The notes beneath the pieces were generated by a model that was not told the origin of the DNA, did no database searches, and was given only the letters and a program-made list of their open reading frames with translations. Positions 1 to 15,075 of a stretch of DNA of 64,000 bases are shown piece after piece (positions within the stretch are counted from its first letter, which is position 1; each line of letters starts with the position of its first letter). The stretch is from Octopus vulgaris (Eukaryota), in assembly GCA_951406725.2 (NCBI GenBank), contig OX597815.1:142724001-142788000 (forward strand), in the 5' to 3' direction. Made by a program: the position numbers and the translations under genes.

Positions 1-825
1 GCCAGATAGCGATACTGCCTAGTTAACTTTTTATCTCCTTCGCAGTGCCAACATTAATAATATTTGAAAGCTATCGTTCTACTAAATTAAATATCAGTCA
101 ATTGAAGTAGAATTCTCTTTCTGACACTTTTAAATGGCTAAAGAGAAGGACTTAGACGTATTTGGCTTCATTATCTCAACGATGCTGTCACTGTGCGTGA
201 TATTATAAAATTGCATGGTGCCAATATATAAGGAATATTAACTCGGCTAGGCGCTTGTTTAGGATTCCAATTTGGTTGCATTGTAAATTTATTCCTTTTT
301 TACGACTTACATAGAATAAACTTTTGTCAGGTAAGATGACGCTGGTTGATTTCAAAACTGTGTGGAAGTAGTGTGAGCCGAAACATAAAAGTTAATTAGA
401 CACAGGGGAAGTAATTGCTGAAGATGTGTTAAATTTGAAGAGAATGAATACTGTCGGTATTCATCTGCGATTTATTTCCATTCTATTTTGTACTTTCTGT
501 TTTGCCCCTCCGTTTGGCAATTTGTCTTTATTGATATATCTCCTTCACTCTTTCTTTCTCTATCCTTGTCTCTCTCTTTCTAAATATCTCTTATAAATAT
601 ATCTTACTATTCTCAGTGTTCCATTTCCTCTCTCTCCGATTCTCTGCCTTTCACTTCCTTTATGTCACCTCTTTTACACTATTCGTTAAATCCTATCAAT
701 TTATATACGAGAGCAGTCATGCAAAATGACCCATGGTTTCAGGTTTCTTCAGTACATATGGAGTCACATGTATGTTAAGTGTATCTTCCAGTCAACAATT
801 CTATTTATTTCTCTCTCTTCCCCTT

Positions 826-1275
<450 letters not shown>

Positions 1276-2285
1276 CCCGAATCGCGCCGCGAGTGTCGCG
1301 TTGCTCTCAAGCAACTCTGCCGTCCGGGACCAGACTTGTGCGACTTCATTACAACAAACGCGTTCTATAGAGGATTAGTGGAGGGGAAGTGCGACGACGT
1401 TCTCGGATGTCGACGAGGAACACCTGATTCACCTGATCGGGATAACTTTCGGCCGGGACCTATGGACAATCACCAAAGATCTCTGGCCTGGCAGTGCTAT
1501 CGAGAAGCATTACCTGTTCGAGATAAGCTCTACAGGCACGGTTCGAGACATACCGGACCGACTTGCCCGATATGCGGTCAGAGCGACGAAACTGTTCTAC
1601 AAGCACTCGTGCAGTGTCCAACCTTTTTGGACCTGTGGGCTTATGCCGAACGGCTGCTGTTACGTGTGGGGCAAGTACGCCTGTCGGCCGAGTCTATCGT
1701 GACAATTTATCCTCCACCTTCTTTCAATCGGGAATACAAGGCAGTCTTTATCGTACTGGTGGCCATGGTGAAAGAATGTCTGTGGCGGACTCGAGCGAAA
1801 GCATTAGAGGCAAACACTTACCTCTCTGGCCAATCGCTCATCACTTTTTTCAAGTACCACTTGGAAAGGAAGGTGAGAATGGAGAGGCAGGTTTTGTCTG
1901 GTGGAAGTGAATGTAGCAAATATGGTGTATGCGAGCGACGAAACCACTTTGAGCATGATCCTGTAAATCGTAAAAAGAGAGAGACAGAGAGACAGAGAGA
2001 GCACTTTGCTCTCATGTGTTTATTCCCTCCCTGCCTGATGTTACCGTGGTCTTTTCCACAAGTTGTTCTTTCCACGGATAAACCTAGTCTTGATTCTTAC
2101 ATTTAAAAAATTTCATCTGTGATACCGGATCCCGTTTGATCACCCTTTTCCCCCAACCCTTTTCATCGGAATTTTACTTTTTTTCTCTTTTTTTCCCCCT
2201 GTTTCTTTTTTATTTCCGAAACGAAAAGCTCTACATTTGTATTTGTCCCCTCTGTGTTCAGCCCTGTGTGGCCAATAAAGAAAAT
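1276..2285 (+). mobile_element. 5'-truncated L1/Tx1-clade LINE (ORF2 C-terminus with zf-RVT, 3'UTR, polyA signal)
   Basis: The non-microsatellite part of ORF 1006..2106 reads LAWQCYREALPVRDKL...CPICGQSDETVLQALVQCP...LW...KECLWRTR, the L1/Tx1 C-terminal zinc-knuckle pattern with H->Q. It is followed by a T-rich 3'UTR, AATAAA at 2274-2279, and a candidate TSD tatatgtat (1263-1271 / 2286-2294). Confidence 0.88.
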
Positions 2286-3409
2286 TATATGTATCCCTGT
2301 TCAATTCACACTAAATTAGTGATGATGGCCAATACCGTATATATTCACATTTATACGAGGTGATAGTGGATATGCTGTTAATTTCGATAGACACCATTCC
2401 CCAAATAATTACGGATTACAGTTTCGGTTCCACAGTTTGAAACTAATTTGCACAGACTGGACATTTACCATTTGTCTCAATCACTCTTTCCAACACAATA
2501 TTCATGCATATAAATTGCTGTTTGTGTTAAACATTATAAAGTAGGTCACATAATACGGCTTAGTTCCCTGACAATATGTAGTATTAAATTCTTCGTGTTT
2601 GTGTTGATACAAATTTCACTGAATCTACAACAATGTCTCTAAATCATTTTCTTAAAGTATAGTTTTTATATGGGTTTCTATCAGAAGAGCTGATATCGGC
2701 AACTAAGGAAAGCACATAGCTGCTATATTCATTGCAACCTCGCCTACTAGTATATATTCAGAATACGTTTCAATACACAAACCAGTAAAATAGACTTGAG
2801 GGTTCGTCGACATCCTAGAAATAGCAGTAAAAATCTTCATAATTCTCTTGAATGTATCAGTAGATATACGTTTGTCTCGAGCCCGTCTAAATCGGCTTTA
2901 CACAAGAATTAAACAATAATTTGACAGTGAGAGTAAATTTTGTCTCACTCACAAGTCTCGGTGGTTCTGTAAAGGTCATGGATGCTATATTTCCCTCTCT
3001 GATTATCATCTGCAGCTGTGTAATCTCTAGTGCTGGACGTATTATATTGTAGAGCATCACTTTTCGGGTGCATCTACTTGTGAAACTTCCAGTCCTTTCT
3101 AGACCTAAACCTTAAAGCATCAATTATCAGCGAGTGCTTTTATTTACTAAATGGTTTCAAAGATATAATATCACCAAATTCTTGTAATAACTATCTTTGC
3201 TCCGTGTAGACTGCGAAATGGTTTATAAATACTATAGTATACGTACACGCATTTAGTTTCAGCTAATATTCTTATTAGTAAAAAATATTAAACACATTTA
3301 GAATAGAGAGGAAATATAGAGACGAGAGCAAGCACTATAATTTATAAGTATAGACTGGTTGTGGTAGCATTAAGTTGCCTTAGATTAGGATGCATACATC
3401 ATTGCTGTC

Positions 3410-3720
3410 TATTAAGGGATGAGAAATGAAATGGTGGTCTTGCTTTGATAGTGGGCTCATGGTATGAACTATTGGAGAATCTCTGATCTAATATATTTCT
3501 ACATACCTTGTTTTTGCTGTTGCAAAGACCTAAGATAATTATGATGTAGCCTGTTATTTTGTATTTGTCTGACAATCCATGATCATAAAGATGATAAAAG
3601 AGATATAGATACGACGTGTAGCAGTTCAAACCACCATAAAGCTCGCTTGTTGCCTCATTAGCACATCTGTTGCAGGTGTAGATGTTCATAATGAAATCTC
3701 CATTTTCTTTATTATCAAAT
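3410..3720 (-). mobile_element. Highly decayed non-LTR RT fragment (RTE-like, tentative)
   Basis: Minus-strand frames give stop-riddled text with faint RT-like spacing (HLHLQQMC..NKRALWWF; later QGxxISP-like). Weak. Confidence 0.3.
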
Positions 3721-4559
3721 TGATTTCAGTGTGTAGATTTTCATATACATCCTATTTAGAAGTTAATATTAATGAAGATAGCTTCATTTCCAACCTATTT
3801 ATATGCGAACATCTATAAAACAAAATTATCATTTCTATTTTGTTTAGGAGTGAAATTCAAGTAGATTTATTTATTTACATTCTATTCAGAAGAATTGTTT
3901 GCCCAAGAAGTTATCTTTATTTCATCTTAGAACAAACTCTCTATAAACTTTCTTTAAATTTACAACTTATTTAACTGTGAGCCTCATTGAAGCGATTTTC
4001 AAATCCATTCTGTTCGAATGTGAAATTCTATAATCATCATCAATTCAATTCGTTTCATATCATTGACAAAACCCCATGATATTCCTACCACCTTTCAGCT
4101 TAACCACAAAGGTAATACTCATAGAAATATTGATATTTCAAATAGACTATTTTATATTTATTTATGCTTCTGAACGTTATATTATGCAATGCTACGTCAA
4201 AAGTGTAATTTCTCAAAACTAATGTGACTATGGGACTCAATACTACATGCTTATAATTCATAAATGACATGCACCCTAATCCCTAACGTTTTCTAATGAG
4301 GAGAACAAACAAAATAACTCGATCTGCTCCTCCATTCCAACTGGGTGACTCCACGAATATAAAGAGAAGGACTTATCCCTTGTTAATATCTATCTTTAAA
4401 ATCAATTAGTTTTTTTAGGGGCTGGGGTTGTATGTTTGTGTGTGTATGTGTATAATTCTATGAATATCTAAACAAGATCACTTCCAATATATCACGCTAT
4501 AATTATGGAACATGCACATTCACATCCATTATTCTAGAATCTCTTTAATTACCACAGAA

Positions 4560-4860
4560 AACAATAAGGCTGTTTACTGTGAGGATTCTTCCTTCCCAGA
4601 GCAGAGTTTGATGGGGTGACCCTCATTGATAGTATCCCCTGTTTCACTCGATTTATATATATTTCTATAGGTCCAGCGACAGTCAACCATCAACTACTTG
4701 CTACCATTTTCGCTTGAGGACTCAGACTAAAGTAATGATTTATCGAGGGTGTCCTGGAGCATCCTCTACAAAATCCTCACTGAATTGCCTGGAGTATGAA
4801 AGTAGCACTTTTGTCTCTATTAGGTACCACATCTTTACAAATGCCATTTCATATCAGCTC
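4560..4860 (-). mobile_element. Decayed LINE RT fragment (tentative)
   Basis: Reverse complement contains gagtgaaacaggggatactatca (xVKQGILS, resembling the RT GVxQG motif) in a slightly GC-richer island. Confidence 0.3.
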
Positions 4861-7399
4861 TCATGTAACGTAACGTTTATACTTTAAACACAGCAATTAG
4901 GCATAACAATAGAATTTTCATCAACATGTTCATAAGGTATATAACGTTTGTAACGGTTTGGTAAGAATTTCGTTGGAGATTATGTTTTTATCTTAACTGA
5001 AATTCGAACTTCTTTCCAGCTATTCATTCGTTCAACCAACACTATCTATCGTCACCATACTTTATGAATATGCAATTATTTTTAGGTAAATTATTTTTTC
5101 GTATTAAGAATCTTTCAATGCCTTTTGAACTTTGTGTTTATCTTCGAATATTTGATATATTATTTATTCATTTTCTAAACTATAAAAGATAATATTATTT
5201 TCAATTTAGCTTCAGCATTTTGTGGTAATTATTCATTATTCATTAATACATTGTCAACAGATAATGGCACTTATCATTTTCTTCTCGTTCTTTCTTTGTT
5301 AAATATTGCCTTCGGTTGTGCCATAACGAAGATTAAATTGTGTTTTCAGCAGATATTTTGGTAACATCCTATATGAAGCTAAAATGGTGCTTTATGTTCT
5401 TGGCTTTTGTTTTTAATTTTTACTTTGTGGAGAAAAGAGATGTCTTCTATGTTGTTGCCGGTCTCTAAATATTTCATACACAATGTCAACATATTACACG
5501 AGAGTAGCTTGGCAAATATATTGTATGAGTGGGTATTACAGGTCAGCATTTTTTATCTTCCATCGTAAATAGTTTATAGTACATAAAGTTCACAATAGTA
5601 GATTTGTTATATTATAGGCATAGGAAACATTCCTTCTATGGAATTTGAATTAAATTTTAATCAATTTACTTAAAACAATATATCATTACAAAACTCTTTT
5701 TTTTACATAAATGACACTCGTCTTTAGGTTGCGAAATGTTACCTGCTGCATAGCCCATTTATTAGCTTTCAGTCAATATATGTTATATCCAATGTTTCAG
5801 AATGAATGAGGCACGCTAACGTATTTAACAAAACATTTGCATTTCATTTCTTTTTTCTATTCATAAAATATTTCATAACGTGACACCTAATATCGAAAGC
5901 TCCATCCCCATGATTGCCACTCCACGACACTTCAAATCACTACAAATATGTTCGATAAAATAGCTAATGCATATTTATCCTACTGATTCTTGAGGGCCTA
6001 AAATGTTGAACATTGATCTATATCAGTCGAAAGGAAAGGTAATACACTTACCACATTTCATAACCATCATCAGTGGAAGTTTTTTTTGCTATTCTCTCTA
6101 CAGAGTTTCACAATAAATACAAACTGAAACTCATGAAGGGATAACAATTTATAGACAGAATGATTCTCTCTCCTTCAGTTCAACATCGAATTTTATATAT
6201 AATTTCTTTTTGATACATCACTAATCCACTTCAACTTTTCACGCTTCACTCTATATTCCAACGTCGCTCTGAAATGTAACATTCTTACCTATCTAGACTT
6301 CAGTTTAACAATCAATTACTCTTTGGCCCACATATCTGCAACAAAAACATTCATTTGCACTTTACTATTCCTCCAAGTTTCTGTGATGCCTGTACTGTTT
6401 CTTATATCCCTCAAATCAACGCCACTCTAGTATATTTGTAAAGTAATTTTATCATTGGCTAGGATATTATACAATTCTTTACATTACTCTGGAACGAATC
6501 CTCATCTTGCGGATACCGAAGGTTTTATAATACGGAAATATCTGTGTCAGTTAGTATAATCAGTTAGTATTTCTTTACAGGGTGTTCAATATACATATAG
6601 CGTAATTACTTGTGTCTGTCATAGGAGGAAGGCCTGAAACAATTGTTTGTAACATACGTGCATGTGCTGAAATAAGGACAGGGAGTTCGTTGATACCTTT
6701 AAGTACAGTGCTTGAAAGGTACTTTATTTTGTAGAAATTTAATAGCAGTGGAATCTGAACACAGATTCCACCAGAAAAAAAACAGAAGAAATAATGCAAT
6801 GATATTTTTACGACGTTCTATCGATTCGGTTAGTTAATCACGCTCACTACGATCATTCTAAATATATACAGCATAGAATTATCCTGATTCTAATAATACA
6901 TAGCTACCTAAGTATAATCCTGAACTCCCAAACAATGAAACCCCTCAATGGGAATATTGAAATCAAGACTTTCCTCGCAGTAATTGACTAAACATACACT
7001 AGATTTTAATATCGCCATACCACATGACTTGTGAGCTAAAAGAAATGTTATATGCTCCATTGTTTACGGATTTCCTGTAGAGCGAAATACGCCATTCTAT
7101 TCTATTGTAATCTGGAGGATCATATCGAATGACTCGCCAGCTGCATACAAATATTTTCTAGAACATGTATTGAATAATCTTTTTCTGTTTATTTAGCAAA
7201 GAAAAAAATGTTTAAAAAACATATACGCAGAGATATATATGTACGCTTATTTATAAATGTGTGTGTGAGTGCGCGCCTCTATGTGTATGTGTGTGTGCGT
7301 GATGTCTTCTATTTTTTAACTATTTGAAATCTAAGGAAGGAGATCGTTTCTAAGAGAAAAAAATTCTTTCTTTGGTATTTAGATATGCGTGTGTACGTG

Positions 7400-7717
7400 T
7401 GTATGTATGTATGCTTGTATTTATGTATGTATGTATGTATGTATGTATGTATGTATGTATGTGTGTATGTGTATATGTATGTGTGTGTGTATGTATGTAT
7501 GTATGCGTGCATGTGCGTCATCATTTTTAAATGGAAAGAAACTAGACTTCTATTGTAATGATGTCATCTCGATACTCACATATACTAACTTCTATCTATA
7601 TATGGATATACACATACTTGCCTATGCATGCATAATAAATCTCTGTGATTTTGGGTTTATATATGTGTGTCTATAGTTTCCAACCGTGAAATATTTCTGT
7701 TTATTTAGCATTGTAGC

Positions 7718-7801
<84 letters not shown>
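7400..7801. repeat. (TATG)n and (TG)n microsatellites
   Basis: Visible arrays at about 7400-7505 and 7722-7801. Confidence 0.95.
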
Positions 7802-7802
<1 letters not shown>

Positions 7803-9201
7803 CCGTGTGCGTGCAAACGCGTGTGTATACTCCTCAATATTTCATGCATATGAACGAATGCGAGTGACCACAGAATTTTTTTGCAAAGTAAGTTTCCATT
7901 TTTAAATCCCATTGTCATTTATTTTAATTACGGCCATTGTATCGACTATGATTTCAGCTATGTATATTCAAGCGCGGAATATAAATTTCATTACTCGAGT
8001 GGAGAGAGACAGAACTGAGAGTGAATACATTCTTGAATTTTAACAGACATTGTAACATGAGGAGAGACTAATGTTTCTCAAAGAAGAAATACTGACCTAC
8101 AGTAAAATTCAATTTGAAGACTAATGGTCCACTCTGTCTAAAGATCGTAACCATATTTGATTATAACGTTTGACTAGACATGTGCTATAAAATACGGTTA
8201 GAACGAATATTGGAATATTGGAATATTAAACTAACGATTAATCTGGTATCTTTACGTTCGTGTTCCGTATTAACGACTACTTAGCTGTTCGTTTCGACAA
8301 ATGGGGAGAGTGAAAGTATGCTTCAATTAAGAGCAATGTTCTTTCCAGTGACAGAATTGTTACATTTTTAGATAATTCTTGCTGGTAATTCAATCAGAGA
8401 AGATTGGACTGATTTAGAGATATAACAGTATATTGAGAGGAAGTGAGGTTGAGGGTGTTGGACAAACTAGAAGGAAGAGAGATTTAGAGAACAGTTAGAG
8501 AACGAAGGGAGAGTTATAAAGAAAGATTGGTAGATGTTTCGATTAGAATATATCGGTGAGACAGGAGACAGAGAAGGAAATATTGACAATGAAGATCTTA
8601 TCGGTCTGTCCCTCACTGCAATGGTGAGTGATTTAACCAGTTTATGGTGATGGACAGAATGAAAGTAAATTAGAGGGAGATGTGTTTCGAAGAAAAGACG
8701 CGAGTCAGAGAGATGGGAAAGAAAGAACAATATTTGGATTGAATGTCAGACAGACAAATAGATACAGACAAGGAGGGATGGAAACATAACAAAGAGTAGG
8801 AGAGAAAAGAAAGATGAAATGAGAGTGAAAGATAGGAGCAAGAAAAAAGATGGAAAATATACGAGAGAGGTTTTTACAAGACAAAAAATTGCTCGTTAGA
8901 TTTGTTGCACAGAGGTAATTTGGAGTGTCATAATCTATGTTAGAAAGATAACTGAAACTTGCAAATTCAATTGTGGATGTGAGATACGGAGGTGAAAGTA
9001 GAGATAGGGAGAAATGGAAAAAGAGGCGGGAGAGAGAGACACACAAAGGAAAATATATAAGAAATTTAACAGAGAGAGAGATAGAGTGACAGAGATTGAC
9101 TAAGAGATGGAGAGACAGAGGTAGAGGAATAATTAGATTTAATTACACTATCATATTTCACAGCATTGCTTACAAAAAAAACTTTGCTATATTTTTTTCA
9201 G

Positions 9202-9207
9202 GTGTCC
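9202..9207 (+). other. Candidate 6-nt microexon GTGTCC
   Basis: atttttttcag|GTGTCC|gtgagt: a strong acceptor and a strong donor 6 nt apart, with TGC motifs just upstream. No transcript evidence. Confidence 0.35.
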
Positions 9208-11629
9208 GTGAGTATTTTCCTCTGCCTCATATCTAATCATACGTCAACACAAACAAACACATTGAGAGATATTGTGTTGTTCGGTAGAAATGAATGACTT
9301 TCAGATTCGTTTCTCTTTTGAATTCAGCGCAACAGCGTGATCGAACACTGATCAATCATCAATGATGCAACTGATGTGGAATTACAATTCAGCAATTGTA
9401 GTCGCCTTTGGTTGATTGCAAGTAGTAGCACCAAGATACAAAGTGTGCTCACGTGTAAAGTCACCAGAGAGAATACATTTGCAACATTTGTATAATGTAA
9501 TGTCGTTGCATGCATGCACATGCTTATTCAAGACAGTTATCAGATGCAAATTCAGAAATTTCCAGATCTTTCGAGCATAAGGGGATGAAAAAAGTAAAAG
9601 GAAAACAAAAAATAGAAATAGAAATAAAACAATAATAGAAATTTGTCTATGAATAAATATGAATATATTAAGATATTTTTTGTGCGATATGAGAACATTT
9701 TATCAAAAACAAAATGAAAAAAAAATGTGATTTGAGTAATAATTTATTTGAACTTGCAAATAATTTTTGTGAAATATAATCTGTTTTATCATACCTGTGA
9801 AGTGTATATCTTCAAAGTAGATGACACAAGATCTAATATGCATGTACCACTTGACAGTATATATGTAGCTATATGGTCGTTTTCATGTTACTTTATTGTC
9901 TCTGTTGTTATTGTCGTTGTGTATCCCTACCTCGGCTCTGGTCTAGCAGGCTTTATCATTAAAGGCTTTGAATTCGAGTCTTTTCATTTTTTAAACACTT
10001 TAGGAACAGCCTGCTCCGGGCTATATCATCCATATGTAATGTTAAGGGAAACTTTAGTCGATAGGACTAGCGATTGGGCAGATATTCTGCGTTTGTATCT
10101 GTGCGTATGTGTATTTGTATACGTTTTTGCGTGTGCCAAACTAAACAACTCGTTAAGTAAACTAGTAAAGGACGACTGCACGTATAATGCTATCTCAGTA
10201 CAGGATTTCCCTCTTCTAAATACTTTAATTTTTCTCACACTAAAGACGCCCGATCACTAGGATACATGTATCAAACCTTGCCTGATATAACGCTATACAA
10301 TCTTATACAAAGCAGGATATATGACACCGAATCATCATGAGATTGTCTACATAATTACTTCATCTGTTAAAAATAAAAATAAACACCCTGCTAATTCAAC
10401 ATACAACCTTCAGGAAAAGGATATGCTTTACATTCAAGTCTTGAATATATGAGTAGAGTATAAGATGGAATGGTCATGACTAGAACGCTTTGATCATGGG
10501 ACTTTTGGAATTAGTTTTACCCATTCAGAGTTACATTTAAGACTGGTTTTGGACTCACAGACACAAACTGTAAACTATCATAGCCTCCGATGATAAAGAT
10601 GTATAGATTCGGTAACTACAACGATTCTATTAATTACATCACTATGCTTATTTAATCATTTTGTTAAATATGGACACAGGTGCATTTTAGTAAAGCTATT
10701 TATTTACTGAACTCTATTCTCAGTCATAAATATTTTTTTCTTGAAGATTTATGGAGTACACCGTCTTGCTTAATTTCCAGTTGACATGTGAGTATTTAGT
10801 AAATATTTTCCTATATGTTTTTACAGTTTATCCGATCAACACTGTAGAGGTAATATTTGTGTCTTATTTTTGTTTTCTTTTTTAATATCTTCTATATCAA
10901 GATTAGATCCTTTACGAGATTTTAAAACATATTTCAGTATGAGGCACATTACCGCAGTTTGGCTCGAAATCGGCCCTGATCGGACAATCACTTCTTACGT
11001 GGTCACGTTTTGATCTTAAATGTTATATTACTTCATTCATCCTTCACGTTTCAAAAATGTGCTATGATATAGGAGGTATATGTCGATGGCACTATGTTTT
11101 ACTACAGATTATCTCCATAAAAGTTTTTGGTTCTGTTATATATCAAGATATTTTGCACTTGGTTAGGTTACTACAGACAGAAGATAAACTAACAGATATG
11201 ATCCCGTCATTCATGTGATTTGTACACTTATGACATATTTCTCATAGCTTTAATGTAATCCACCGATACTATTCTCTATGCGATTAATTCTTTTTAAAAG
11301 AGGAAATGTGTTCTGAATATGTCTTGTGTCTGTTCACACAGACAACATGCCAAGGCACATGTTTATTTTGTTTTTTATATCTTTGTTCATGGAGTCAATG
11401 CAGATTTGGCATGAAAAGTCTAGAATATATTATGAAAGACAGATTGTATTTGGAAGTTTAAATATAATTATTACACAAAAGCACAAAAATTCAGTTTCTT
11501 TTATTTTATTATTTCTTTTCGATAACATGTTTTCATATTGCACAAATAATATATTTATATTTATTCATTGGCAAATTTCCAACGTTGTCTATATTCCCAG
11601 ATATGTGTATATGTGTATGTTTACATATA

Positions 11630-11631
11630 TG

Positions 11632-11695
<64 letters not shown>

Positions 11696-11727
11696 GCATA
11701 CATATGTATACACACATACACACTATA

Positions 11728-11767
<40 letters not shown>

Positions 11768-11897
11768 ACATACATATATTTACACACACACACGGATATA
11801 TATATATGTGTGTATGTATGTATGTATGTATGTATGTATCTATGTATGTATGTATGTATGTATGTATGTATGTATGTATATATGTATGTATGTATGC
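11630..11897. repeat. Compound (TA)n/(CA)n/(TATG)n microsatellite
   Basis: Directly visible. Confidence 0.95.
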
Positions 11898-14139
11898 AAC
11901 CTGGAAAGAATTTCTTGTAGTAAGTTGATTGATGATGACACCAGAACAGAAATTTGCCAGTTTACTTATTTCCATTATTTATTCTATCAAAATACATTGA
12001 GTTAATCTGCTGGAAGACATTTTTTTTCTGACTACTGGTATAACTGCGGCTTTATTATTTTAAAATAAATACGATATGCCGTCCAAACATTGATTTTTAT
12101 CTTCTTTACAAAGTATATTACCTTTTACCATACTGGTTGCGAAAAAATAGAATTTACATCCAGCCAAATGAACATCTAGTAAACGGTTCTTCAGAGATCG
12201 AACTGTGTCGATAAAAAGCTATAATAAGGACCTGATCTGACGAAAGACAATGTCGGTATGACACATTGTGAATTACTGATGGTGAGATACGTACCGCGGT
12301 GTTTATTATTGCAACGGATGCAATTGCAAGTTATCATGAGTGATGATGATAATGACATCGACGACGACGACGACGATGATGAAGGCATGACAATAATGTC
12401 TAATGTTTCGAATATCCTTCCTCCAAAAGAGAGAGAGAGAGAGAGATTGGGGCAGATTGAAAGAAAATATTTTATCAGAAACAAAATCGAAAATGAAAAT
12501 ATGACGGGAAGAAATGATATCTATGAATAACTGAGAAGAGACAGAAGGCCAGGAATGACAAGCACCGAATTCGGTGTTGTACATATTTCAGTTCTGCAAT
12601 TGGTAGAATAGGCAAATAAGTAAGATGTGAGGGAGAGAAAAGAAAACAGTGGGTGATGCACCAAAAAAAAAAACCCAGAGGTGGTGGGAGAAGGAATTAA
12701 ATTAAAGGGGCAGTACCACTATGCTTCTGTACCTTGACATCCCAGCTCAGATCTCTGCGGAACGCCTTTCTCTGATTTTGCTTTATTTTTTTTTTATATT
12801 TCTTTAAGGTGGAACAATATAAACTGATTATGGGCTTCGCATGGTTCCGGAAAGTAATAATCCTTATAATTTTGTTATAAAAATCATTATAATAATCTTT
12901 TCAAATATAAAAGCTTCTGATTATATATATTCATGATACTATACTAAAGAAATTATTGACAGCATATATAAACAGAACAGTTATGTGCCATTTAGAGAGG
13001 CAAGCAATATTCTTTATCTTAGTTCCATTTCACAAATATTTAAAATCAATAAGCATTGGTGTTAAAGTAAACACATTGATTAATTCAGCAGATATTATAA
13101 CATAAATTGCCTTTTAAACATTAATTACTTACTGAATTACGGGACATCAAAAGTGGAGTATAAGACATTCGTCAGTCGTAATAAAACTGTGTAACAGCTG
13201 GTTGAATCAAAGAAAATTTTATGAATTTAAATTATTAGTGTTGTGGCTGTTGTTTACCGTCCAAAACAGCCCTACTTGCATGACCTACAATCAATGATAT
13301 TCCAGGCATGCCCATACTATCAACATAGAAATATATTATCTAATAACTTAACCATACGAAGGTAGCGAATGATTTAAGAGCGAATTAATTATTTTTCTAA
13401 GCGCGAAACTTAGGGACTCCTCCTTCGTTTCACAGTTTTTCAAAGGTTTTACTGCATGTAATTTCATTCAGAAATACATGGTCAAGGAGTAAGTATGGAA
13501 TGTAAACCACAGTTGTCTAAAATATCACTATGCAAGATCTCATACCTCATGGCGTTCAAAGGATGCAAATAACCATGGAGTAAATTTTCTGTGGAGATTT
13601 TCATGAATTAATGAAGTTAATTGGAAAGAGAACCAAAGTGGGAGAATCAGTAGCTCAACGTACGTAAAAGAACCTACATACATAATACACTACGCTTATG
13701 GATTTTAACTTTTCCAGAAAAGCTATCAATATCTAACTTGATACAAGTAGCTGCTATACAAACAAAGGGAAGTCAAATAGAACCTCGGTGGGACAATAAA
13801 CCGAGCAATGCTTTTCGTTACGGTGGTGTATCGTATCCACTATTCACCATCATTTGCATGACACATTACATTGTTTGAGGCTGCTTCGCATTTAACTGCA
13901 GCCTTATTTTAATTTGAACGTTTTTAGATCCAGCATATATTAATTGATATGAAGAAACATACACTAATCTTTATTGACCATACCAAGTTAATTTTTCAAA
14001 CGTCTTACATTATGTATACATTGTATATGTAACGAGAAATGTTTATTTGTATGTGCATACTTAGAGTTGAAGCAATGGTGTAACCATGATGTTCTGGTGA
14101 TGTGATGATCTATCTTTCTTTATTTACATTGAAATATTT

Positions 14140-15075
14140 GCACCCTACACATAGTAATCCATTGGATTAAAATATATGGAATTAAAAGGCCTGAAATTGG
14201 GGTTGGTGAAATTGTAGACGTTCTCTGACAACCACTTTGACTCATCCCTGAGGAATGCCAAAGAGTCGTATATTGTTGCCAGACATATGGTTTCCCAGCA
14301 GGATCAGTCCCCAACCAGAGTTTGACCACTGTTTCCAGCACCTTCATATAGCCATCTGAATTGAGCCTCATTTCTTGTTCAAATATCAGGGGAAGCATGA
14401 CGTCAACCTCTCTGGAGAGACGCAAATATTATCACAGTTTGGAGAAACTTGGCTTTCATCATACATGGGACAGCACATTAATTGTAGGCAAGCTGCCTGC
14501 TGTTCTGCGTGTGGGAGAAGCTTTATCCATCTCACAAGAGGCACACGATTCCTGGTCCAACAGGATGTCTTATTGCCTTCGTCAAGCAGTTTTCTTTTGC
14601 TTTTACTGTCAACATTTATCATTTGCTTTTTCTGCGAGTGGTAGCAAAGGTCCTCATTCAGGGACAGCTTCATGATGGTGACTCTAACATCAACCTCTCT
14701 TGCTAAAGCCCGGATTCCTTTGCTTGGACCGTCCATCACCTTGTTCTACACTTACTTGTTCGATTTATTCCGGTGTACATTATCCCGTATCCCTGAATGC
14801 TGGTCACGACCCTGTTCCAGCAGTCTTACAGCATTTACAGAGCACTGAGTGCCTGTCATAATGACGAAATTGTGTTACTCGGCACGTATTATCACTGTAC
14901 AAGTAAATCTTTACTGAAATTCAGATGGCGTCCAGTCCTCCATGTCAGCTAACTTCTTTTCAACTACAGCATTAATCTTTATCGCTTCCAACGCCATTGT
15001 CTCGTCACTGAAACTTTACGCTGTTCCTAAAAATAAGGAAGTATAAAAATCGTCAGATTTGGCACGAACCCCTTA
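14140..15075 (-). mobile_element. Tc1/mariner DD37D (maT)-type transposase remnant, subfamily A
   Basis: Minus-strand frames: IRALAREVDV (HTH), SQVSPNCDNICVS, RLNSDGYMKVLETVVKLW...GKPYVWQQ, then ...NPMDYYV. Frameshifted. TIR-like end near 15045-15075 followed by TA. Homologous to 47825-48990. Confidence 0.85.
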
